Source: an uncultured Smithella sp.
GTDB taxonomy: Bacteria > Desulfobacterota > Syntrophia > Syntrophales > Smithellaceae
Direction of reading: 5' to 3'
Assembly (NCBI GenBank): GCA_964394715.1
Contig: CAYMYR010000007.1
Span: forward strand, 498-64,497
Length of the DNA stretch: 64,000 nucleotides
The translations under genes and the position numbers were made by a program. Below the pieces are notes generated by a model. That model had not been told where the DNA came from. It was given only the letters and a program-made list of their open reading frames with translations, and made no database searches. Positions 1 through 7,196 of the stretch are shown here, piece by piece (the first letter of the stretch is position 1; every line of letters starts with the position of its first letter).

Positions 1-1057
1 CCACACTGTATTCAAGAACCGGGATGCCGTTCGGCGGCGCCGTATTATAGGCTCTGACGGTCCGGGAGAGGGCCCGGCACGTCTCGACTTTTGCAAACAT
101 CTCCGCCAGACGCTGCCGGACTGAATTGTGTTCGACAATGGGTTTACCGCCCTGAACTCGCACCTTTGCAAAGTTCAACGCCTCTTCAAATGACGCCCTG
201 GCCAGTCCTGTGGCAATATTGCCCATGACGGCGTTGGCGTTGCTCAAAATGGCGCTGTGAAGGAACATCAACATGTCCGCTCCGAACAAGAGATAATCCG
301 CTGGAATCCGAGCGTTGTCGAAAAAGATTTCGCCCTGGTTCAAATCACGCTGGCCCATTTTTTCGAGGGGCTTGCCCTTGGTCACACCGGTGATGTCCAG
401 AGGGCAGAAGAACACACCGCCTCCGGCAATCCCTTTGGATGCATCCATCTCGGCAAACAAGAGAGCGTAATTGGCAATGGTGCCGCCGGATACCCACGCT
501 GCTTTTTGACCATTGATGACCCATTCCGCGCCCTCTTGTCTAGCCTTGACATTCCAGCGCACGTCCGGTTTACAAAAGATTTGTTCTTCGCAGGCAATCA
601 GGTCCGACCCGTGTTCAACTTCAGTTATGGCCCAGCAACCGCGCATGGAGCCGTCTTTACATTCGCAGAAAGGTCTTACAAAGCTCTCGGCAAGGGTCAT
701 GTCGCCTGTAAGCATCGCCCTTGCGGCGATGAGCGCAAACGGCATGCTGATGACGCTTAAAAGTACTGTCAAACCGAAGCTGCCCCATCCCAGCTCCTCG
801 GTCACGATATGGGACTGGAGAGGACTCAGACCTGTTCCGCCGACTTCAGATGGCAAGTAGAAACAGTGATACCCCTGCTCGAAGGCGGCTTTGAGGAAAT
901 CCCACAATGGAGAATCTTTTGCTATCGCTTCTTCAGCGCTCATGCCGTCCAATTTTTTCGCGACCGGCCGCATGACTTCCGCCGCAAATTTGTGCGCCGT
1001 CTGCCGGAGTGCCATATCTTCTGCTGTGACACTCAAATCCAGATCCAGGTAATCCAT
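1..1057 (-). CDS. Acyl-CoA dehydrogenase family protein (first ~352 codons; 3' end lies beyond the left edge)
   Basis: Absent from the ORF track because it has no stop inside the window. Hand translation of the minus strand from ATG at 1057 (AAGGAGG 6 nt upstream) stays open to position 1. It reads MDYLDLDLSVTAEDMALRQTAHKFAAEVMRPVAKKLD...CWAITEVEHGSDL...KMGQRDLNQGEIFFDNARIP...VRVQGGKPIVEHNSVRQRLAEM, a typical ACAD domain order. Confidence 0.8.
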   Translation of the reverse strand, partial: MDYLDLDLSVTAEDMALRQTAHKFAAEVMRPVAKKLDGMSAEEAIAKDSPLWDFLKAAFEQGYHCFYLPSEVGGTGLSPLQSHIVTEELGWGSFGLTVLLSVISMPFALIAARAMLTGDMTLAESFVRPFCECKDGSMRGCWAITEVEHGSDLIACEEQIFCKPDVRWNVKARQEGAEWVINGQKAAWVSGGTIANYALLFAEMDASKGIAGGGVFFCPLDITGVTKGKPLEKMGQRDLNQGEIFFDNARIPADYLLFGADMLMFLHSAILSNANAVMGNIATGLARASFEEALNFAKVRVQGGKPIVEHNSVRQRLAEMFAKVETCRALSRTVRAYNTAPPNGIPVLEYSV

Positions 1058-1098
1058 GCTGGTCCTCCTTACGGTTAGGACTTGAATCCATGCGATCG

Positions 1099-1896
1099 TT
1101 AATCCGGGCGCATGGCGTCAAGTTTCATGAAGCCAAAGGGAGCAAATGCTTGCGGGTCCGCTTCCGCGACAATGGCGCCCGGCATCATCGTGTTATCCCC
1201 TACCGTGTAAACAGCCCCTAAGACTCGAACGATTTCCACATCGCCCCAAAAATCGTGTTTTGATGAACGGAAAGTCATTTCTGCCTGTCCCATCTTCATG
1301 GACTTGGGACGCATTTGAACCGTTTCGCGCATCAGGCGGGGATTGTAATCAAAACCATTCCTCTCCGGCGCATGAAAATATTTGAAGTTGTAGACAACCG
1401 TGTCCGGCTGGGTGGCCTGTCTTTCCATCAGCACCTGCTGGATGGCCTCATCGTTGAACTTTCCGGTCATCGTGGCTTTGATCTCCATAAAGCGCGTGCC
1501 ATGACGTTCCGTCCATCCTTCGAGCCGATCGCCATCCTGCTTCAGCAAAATATTCGCAATTTTCTTAGGATAACCGAAAACCTCCCGACCAAGGACCAAA
1601 GCCATATCGTTGGTGACAGGCATGGAGAGGCAATAAACCCCCTCAACGCCATCGTATTCCGTCAACAAGAATAGGGCGCTCTCCAAATAAGCGACGCCAA
1701 AATTCGTCCGCGGGTAATTGGCAACAAAAGCCGCGCCGATCGGCATCAGGGCCGGCTTCAAAGGGGCGGGAAGCATCCGTGCGACGACCTCCGGTTTTGT
1801 TTCAAAATAAACGGTTAACATTTCCGCGCCATAAAATTCGACTTGCGGCACTTCATAGAAAGCCATCTCTTCCTTGGATTTGACAAAGCCCATCAT
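1099..1896 (-). CDS. Acetoacetate decarboxylase (ADC)-family protein, function unknown
   Basis: 265-aa ORF. Its length and overall pattern resemble the ADC-like beta-cone family, including a GREVFGYPKK block with adjacent lysines as in the ADC active site (from memory). The stop lies 41 nt upstream of the ACAD start at 1057 on the same strand. Confidence 0.65.
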   Translation of the reverse strand: MMGFVKSKEEMAFYEVPQVEFYGAEMLTVYFETKPEVVARMLPAPLKPALMPIGAAFVANYPRTNFGVAYLESALFLLTEYDGVEGVYCLSMPVTNDMALVLGREVFGYPKKIANILLKQDGDRLEGWTERHGTRFMEIKATMTGKFNDEAIQQVLMERQATQPDTVVYNFKYFHAPERNGFDYNPRLMRETVQMRPKSMKMGQAEMTFRSSKHDFWGDVEIVRVLGAVYTVGDNTMMPGAIVAEADPQAFAPFGFMKLDAMRPD

Positions 1897-2182
1897 CGAC
1901 CTCCTTTTTTTTGATTATGCTGAGTGGAATTTTTGTTTAATTAACCTTAATTTCGAGAGGAATACTATCACGATTTACGTTCGAAGTCATATATCTTCAT
2001 CAAGGGCGACGTTTACCGCTTAACAGGAAGAACATCGTACGTATAGTAGAAAGAAGTTATGAGTTGTGATTGTCTTAACATCTTATATCAGGGAAACTCC
2101 GTCCAACGACAGATGAGGCTTGAAGAATGTACGTCTTCAAATGCCGCAATCCATTTGATATATCTTTATCAGTGGCGCTCCA

Positions 2183-4585
2183 TCACCGGCCCACCAGTGT
2201 GCTCCGCCTGATGATTTCGTCCTTCATGGCCGGCGACAGGTCGTTGAAGTAGGCAGAATATCCTGACACCCGCACCAGCAGGTTCGGATAGAGGGAGGGA
2301 TTGTTCCTCGCTTCGATAAGCACCGAGGGGTCCAGCACATTTATCTGGACCTGCATGCCTCCCCGTGAGAAATAGGTCCTTATTAGTGCCTGGAGGGCGC
2401 CGGCCCCCTCGGGACCGCGCAGGGTGTGCGGGTCGAACTTCAGATTGAAATTCAGACCGTTCCCGACCCTGGTCGTGTCGAGGCGGTTCACTGAATTCAG
2501 CAGCGCCGTGGGCCCCCTGAGGTCCTTTCCATTTTCCGGCGATATGCCGGAGGCAAAACTCTCTCCTTTCCTCCGGCCATGGGGGAGGGCGCCCGTAATC
2601 CTTCCAAAATACTCGTGGGCTGTTACTGAGTATAGGCCCATCACATAATCGCCGCCCCTGGTATTCTTCCCCATTGAGGTTAGCACCTTCTCAAAGGTAT
2701 CTGCCACATACCGGGTCCAGCGATCGGCCTCCATGTTGTCGTTGCCGAATTTCACGATGCCGGCGAGATAGGCCCTGTCTTTTTCATCGGGAATATTCTT
2801 CTTTAGGATCTCAACGAGTTCATCGAGGGTGTAGCGCTTGTCCTGGAATACGGACTTTTCAATTGCCCGAAGGGCATCTCCCGTGTCGGCCGGGGCCACG
2901 CACTGGACGCCGGAGAAATTGTACAGGGCGCCGCCGGCTGTGCTGCAGCTTCCTTTCTCGAGGCACCCACGGATCAGCATGCTGGTCAGCGGCGTGGGAT
3001 GATACAGCCGGTTGGCCGTTTCGACTGCGCGCAGGTCGCGGACGAGACTTCCCAACAAAGTGCGGAGCTGCGTCTCGAAGGCTGATAGCAAATCATCCAT
3101 GGAAGACATGGACTTCGGACCCGGGGTGGACGCCCCGGATCTGAATATCTTCCCGAATCGCTTCCCCCTGTTCAGGGCGATCTCAAGGACACCGGGAACG
3201 TTGAATATGGCCGCGTCGGTGGACGAAAAGCTTTTGCCCTGTGAAACCGGCTCCACGCAGCCCACGCCGGTGTAGTCCCTCGCGTCGCACGGATCGTAGC
3301 CGTGTTTCACCATGGACGCAACGATTGCCTCGTCGCCGTAGAGGGCGGGGGAATTGCTTCCCGCCGCCAGCATTGCCGTGATCGACGCGAGGTACTGCGC
3401 CGGTGAACCGCGGTGCACCCGGGCATGGTAATTGGGCTGCCGCATCCTGAGCTCATTCATTATTTCCAGGAAGATATATGAGAGCTCGTTGGTGGAATCG
3501 TTTCCTTCGCCGTCGGTCCCACCTACGGTCACTACCTGGCCGTTGAACATCCCCCCGTGGAAATTGGTGAGGTGGCGGGAAAAGACCGGGATGATCTCGG
3601 ACATCTTTATGGAAAAGCAGGAAAGCATCTCCTTTGCCGATTCTCGGTCCAGTTTTCCCGACTGCAGGTCCCTGCTGTAATAGGGATACAGGTATTGGTC
3701 CATCCGTCCGGGACACACCGAGTTGTCGAGGCTCTCAAGGTTCAGGGCGATCTGCGCGAAAAAGAGTGACTGGAGAGCCTCGCGGAACGTCCGGGCCCCG
3801 AACCGGGGAACCCGGCGGCACACATGGGCAATTTCCATCAGCTCCCGCCGGCGTGCGTTGTCTTCCTCGGCCGAGGCCATCTCCTCGGCGAGGACCGCAT
3901 ACCGCTCGCCGAAGCGTGCCAGACCCTCGCAGATGATCTTTACGCCTTCGTAAAAATTCCATTCCCCCGAACCCGGTTTCGTTCCTGCCTGAAGCCCGGA
4001 TGCCTTGTGCCTGTACCCATCCGTACCGATGGCGAGGAGCGTTTCATAGTCGGGGGCGAAGTGGGATATGCCCCCGGATTCATTGATCAGGTACCATCGG
4101 GCCTTGAGCTGGTCGAGAATGAACCTCGCCTTGGCGAACGGCGAACGGAAAGCCCTGAAGCCCAGGAAGCGGAAGAGCCAGAAGGGGATGATCCGGAAGA
4201 GCTTTCGTTTTTCTTTAGGCGATATCCCGAGGGGGTTCGTTTCTCTACTGGTGAAGGTGAAGAGGTCGAGGAGCACCGGGATACCGTGGAGCTCGGGGAA
4301 AATGGAACCGCCGACGCGCTTCGATGTGTAATTGCCGACGATGAGTTCGTGGGGGTATATTCTGACGCTCTTCGCTGCAAGTACGCCGGAAAGCGCCTCG
4401 GCAATGGCGACAGGCGCCGGTTTTTTCCTGTTGGACCGCTGGCGGTAATACTCCGTCCAGAGAAGGGCGCGCTCCGTGCAGATGCCGGGCCGGCAATCCG
4501 TCACGGCTTTTTTCAGCTCCGCTATTCTTTCGGTTACCCCTTTGTCGTTTTCGTTGTATGCTTTCTCAGCTGTACACGATTGCAT
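2183..4585 (-). CDS. Glycyl radical enzyme, PFL2/glycerol-dehydratase-like clade, substrate unknown
   Basis: ORF 2183..4591, with the start moved to ATG 4585 (GAAGGAGG 6 nt upstream). Has the C-terminal glycyl-radical motif LVRVSGYSAYFNDL and a Cys loop GVGCVEP (Cys-x-Glu). About 800 aa. Confidence 0.9.
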   Translation of the reverse strand: MQSCTAEKAYNENDKGVTERIAELKKAVTDCRPGICTERALLWTEYYRQRSNRKKPAPVAIAEALSGVLAAKSVRIYPHELIVGNYTSKRVGGSIFPELHGIPVLLDLFTFTSRETNPLGISPKEKRKLFRIIPFWLFRFLGFRAFRSPFAKARFILDQLKARWYLINESGGISHFAPDYETLLAIGTDGYRHKASGLQAGTKPGSGEWNFYEGVKIICEGLARFGERYAVLAEEMASAEEDNARRRELMEIAHVCRRVPRFGARTFREALQSLFFAQIALNLESLDNSVCPGRMDQYLYPYYSRDLQSGKLDRESAKEMLSCFSIKMSEIIPVFSRHLTNFHGGMFNGQVVTVGGTDGEGNDSTNELSYIFLEIMNELRMRQPNYHARVHRGSPAQYLASITAMLAAGSNSPALYGDEAIVASMVKHGYDPCDARDYTGVGCVEPVSQGKSFSSTDAAIFNVPGVLEIALNRGKRFGKIFRSGASTPGPKSMSSMDDLLSAFETQLRTLLGSLVRDLRAVETANRLYHPTPLTSMLIRGCLEKGSCSTAGGALYNFSGVQCVAPADTGDALRAIEKSVFQDKRYTLDELVEILKKNIPDEKDRAYLAGIVKFGNDNMEADRWTRYVADTFEKVLTSMGKNTRGGDYVMGLYSVTAHEYFGRITGALPHGRRKGESFASGISPENGKDLRGPTALLNSVNRLDTTRVGNGLNFNLKFDPHTLRGPEGAGALQALIRTYFSRGGMQVQINVLDPSVLIEARNNPSLYPNLLVRVSGYSAYFNDLSPAMKDEIIRRSTLVGR

Positions 4586-5492
4586 CGACACCCTCCTTCT
4601 GAAAAAGAGATTTCAGTTCTTCCATTTTATCCCGCTCCTGTGCCTCGATGACCTGCGGCCTTTGACTGGTATTGATCCATGGGAGCTTGTCCCTGACGAG
4701 GGGATTATAGGGCAGGCAGTGGATCGTGCGGATTCCTTTTGAGAGAATGAAGGATGCGCAGTGCCTGATGTTTTCGATGTTATCGTTCATGCCGGGTATG
4801 ACCGGTATCCGCGGCTGGAGACAGCCGTGAGTGGTGGCGAGGGCGGAGAAGTTATCGAGGATGCGCAAATTGTCCCGGCCGGTGAGCTCCCGGTGTTTTT
4901 CACTGTCCATGTGTTTCAGGTCGTAATAGATGAAATCAGCGGACCGTACCAACATATCCATGAGGGACCTGTCGAAAAAGCCGCATGTTTCGACCGTAAC
5001 GGTGATGCCCCGCTTGTGGAGAAGCTGGCAGGCCTGCTCAAGAAAAGCAGGATACATAAGAGGCTCGCCGCCGGAGAAGGTGACGCCGCCGCCGGACTCC
5101 CGGAAAAAATCTATATCCATGGCAAGCTCGGCAGCAAGATCATTGGGCCTCCATTCCTCACCGATAAGGGTGAGGGCGCCGCCGGGGCACGCCTTCGCGC
5201 AATCGCCGCAGGCGTTGCACCGCGAATAATCTATGCGCCGGTCATTGCCCCGGATGATGGCCCCGCATTGGCATGCCGCCTGGCACGAGCCGCACCCGAT
5301 GCAGCGTTCATGCCTGAAGGAGATTTCGGGTTTGGCTGAAAGGGTTTCCGGGTTCTGGCACCAGATGCACCGGAGGGGACAGCCTTTGAGGAATACAGTT
5401 GTCCGGATACCCGGTCCGTCATGGAGGGAAAACCGCTGGATATTGCTGATGATGGCCTTCTCAAGGCCTTCTGATGAAGGTTTTGTGCTCAT
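4566..5492 (-). CDS. Glycyl-radical enzyme activating protein (radical SAM) with ferredoxin-type insert
   Basis: LHDGPGIRTT followed by CPLRCIWC (CX3CX2C). Two extra cluster motifs follow: CIGCGSCQAAC and CNACGDCAKAC. The 3' end overlaps the GRE start by 20 nt. Confidence 0.9.
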   Translation of the reverse strand: MSTKPSSEGLEKAIISNIQRFSLHDGPGIRTTVFLKGCPLRCIWCQNPETLSAKPEISFRHERCIGCGSCQAACQCGAIIRGNDRRIDYSRCNACGDCAKACPGGALTLIGEEWRPNDLAAELAMDIDFFRESGGGVTFSGGEPLMYPAFLEQACQLLHKRGITVTVETCGFFDRSLMDMLVRSADFIYYDLKHMDSEKHRELTGRDNLRILDNFSALATTHGCLQPRIPVIPGMNDNIENIRHCASFILSKGIRTIHCLPYNPLVRDKLPWINTSQRPQVIEAQERDKMEELKSLFQKEGVDAIVYS

Positions 5493-5634
5493 AGTGCACG
5501 CATTTAAAAAATGCCGGATGATCTTGTTTAATAATAAATTGTTTGAATGTCAATAAGATCATGGGGACGCCAATTGCCTCAAAAAAATGTTCCAGAGGGG
5601 GTGGATAAAAGAAGGCGGATCCAGATCCGTTCTG

Positions 5635-6687
5635 TCAGGGATTGGTCTTCCGATAGCTGCCGGGTGTAGTACCGGTCCAGGCTTTGAAGGCATGATAGAA
5701 GTTTGCCACATTCTGATAACCTAACTCGGTTGCAATTTTTTCTATCGGCAGACTCGTTGAAGCAAGGAGATCGAGAGCCTTCTTTTTCCGGATCTCATTG
5801 GAAAGATTTTTGAATGATATGCCTTCTGCGGACAGGTGTCGCCTCAGCGTTCGGGTCGACATGTTCATCCTCCGGGCCAGTTTATCGAAACCGGGAGACT
5901 CGGCCTGCGGAAACAGCAGTTCCTCTTGTATCTTGTCCAAAGTCGACTTTTTCTCATTCAGGCGCGCATAGGCACAATTGCATTCTTTTTCATACATGTC
6001 TTTGGTCAGGGCATTGGCGAGGGGCAAACGGGTGGTCAAATAGTTTTTATCGAAAATGATCTGAAATTTGTCTGCATTGAAGGTAACCGGGCAGCGGAAC
6101 ATATCCTGATAGGTCCTGGCGTATTCAGGCCGGGGATACGTCAGCGTTATCCCTTTCAGAATGAAAGGAGCGCCCAAAGCATTGCAGGCCAGGGTATAGG
6201 CGGACGCCAAATCACGCTCGCATAGGAAGCGCCTCAGATCGCCAAACACGACCAGTTCCCTGCAGCTCATCATGGCGAGATCGTCTTTGACGATCAGTTC
6301 ATATTGGCAATAGGTCTGTGTGAGATCAATGTACTTGAACATGATGCGAAATGCATCAAGGGCTGTTTCACAAAACATGGCCGGTATGGCAACCCGACTC
6401 ATGGCGCTGGCATTGTGCAGTTTGCCTATTTCCAGCCCGAGCTTCGGGTCGGGAATGAGAGAGATGGCTCTCCGGAAGATCTTCAGTTCCTCCTGCGGGG
6501 TGATGAACATTTCGGGATCGGTCAGGTCACTGGTATTCAGCATGCTGCCATACAACAGCACCTCGGCCGGGATGCTGAACTTCTTTGCGTAATCGGCCAG
6601 TATTCTTATGCTGTATATGGACCGCCGAAGCTGCAGACGGTCTGTTGACTTGATATGAATTCTGCTGAGATCGATTGGTTGTTTCAT
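5635..6687 (-). CDS. AraC-family transcriptional regulator
   Basis: C-terminal AraC-type double HTH (RTLRRHLSAEGISFKNLSNEIRKKKALDLL...IATELGYQNVANFYHAFKAWTGTTPGSYR). The start is uncertain: ATG 6687 (MKQPIDL) or the track start 6750. Neither has a clear SD. Confidence 0.8.
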   Translation of the reverse strand: MKQPIDLSRIHIKSTDRLQLRRSIYSIRILADYAKKFSIPAEVLLYGSMLNTSDLTDPEMFITPQEELKIFRRAISLIPDPKLGLEIGKLHNASAMSRVAIPAMFCETALDAFRIMFKYIDLTQTYCQYELIVKDDLAMMSCRELVVFGDLRRFLCERDLASAYTLACNALGAPFILKGITLTYPRPEYARTYQDMFRCPVTFNADKFQIIFDKNYLTTRLPLANALTKDMYEKECNCAYARLNEKKSTLDKIQEELLFPQAESPGFDKLARRMNMSTRTLRRHLSAEGISFKNLSNEIRKKKALDLLASTSLPIEKIATELGYQNVANFYHAFKAWTGTTPGSYRKTNP

Positions 6688-7196
6688 AAGCAACGATCGA
6701 TGGAGCACCCTTTCTTCACAATTGAAGAGGACCCTCGAACAACGCATCACAGGAAAGGCCTCATCTGAAAGTCAGCCGTCCGATACTAACAACTTATCCG
6801 TCAACGAAGCAACATACTGTTAAGTTTTTTATACTATACAATTTATTACTACAATAGAGAATATGATTAAAGGCCATATATATTGTGATTAGCGGTCACG
6901 GGCCTATGAGTGTTCGCCATCGCCAGACGCCATGCGGTGGTCCAACTGTGCCGGAAAACCCTACTGAATTTCAACTGTATCATTCATCCGATATTTTTTT
7001 TACTCTCGTGGAACACTGAGATCTCCGGACAGAGGACACCCCGGTGACCGAAACTCACAAATGAAATGACCCCTCGGCAATATTGTTTTGGGCAACCCCG
7101 CCTGATATTGAAGCATACACAAGAAAATCAGGCAACATAAACATGTGAACAGGGATCGATGGCTTATCTTTCAATGCTGGAAAGGAGAGTTATCCA

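Noticed and set aside
257-1078. Three plus-strand track ORFs (257..760, 513..860, 809..1078)
   Set aside because: They overlap one another and lie antisense to an unlisted minus-strand frame. That frame is open from 1057 to the window edge, has a strong SD and translates into an unmistakable acyl-CoA dehydrogenase. The plus-strand products have no recognisable motifs.
2183-4585. Idea that the GRE is a benzyl-/alkylsuccinate (fumarate-adding) synthase, given the bbs-like operon next door
   Set aside because: No small Cys-rich beta/gamma subunit ORFs flank the gene. The Cys loop is GCVEP with the Glu typical (from memory) of eliminase/decarboxylase GREs. I cannot exclude this without an alignment, so it is mentioned only as context in the findings.
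2424-4742. Many plus-strand ORFs inside the GRE gene (e.g. 3824..4651, 275 aa; 2674..3144; 3634..3936)
   Set aside because: They are antisense to a motif-rich GRE, and their products are Arg/Gly/Pro-rich and low in complexity. This is typical of spurious frames in GC-rich coding DNA.
6751-7196. Search for a sigma54 (-24 GG / -12 GC) or clear sigma70 promoter in the AraC/operon intergenic region
   Set aside because: The TGGC...GC candidates have the wrong spacing (e.g. TGGCTTATCTTTCAATGC near 7160). No hexamer pair with 16-18 nt spacing was convincing, so no promoter is reported there.
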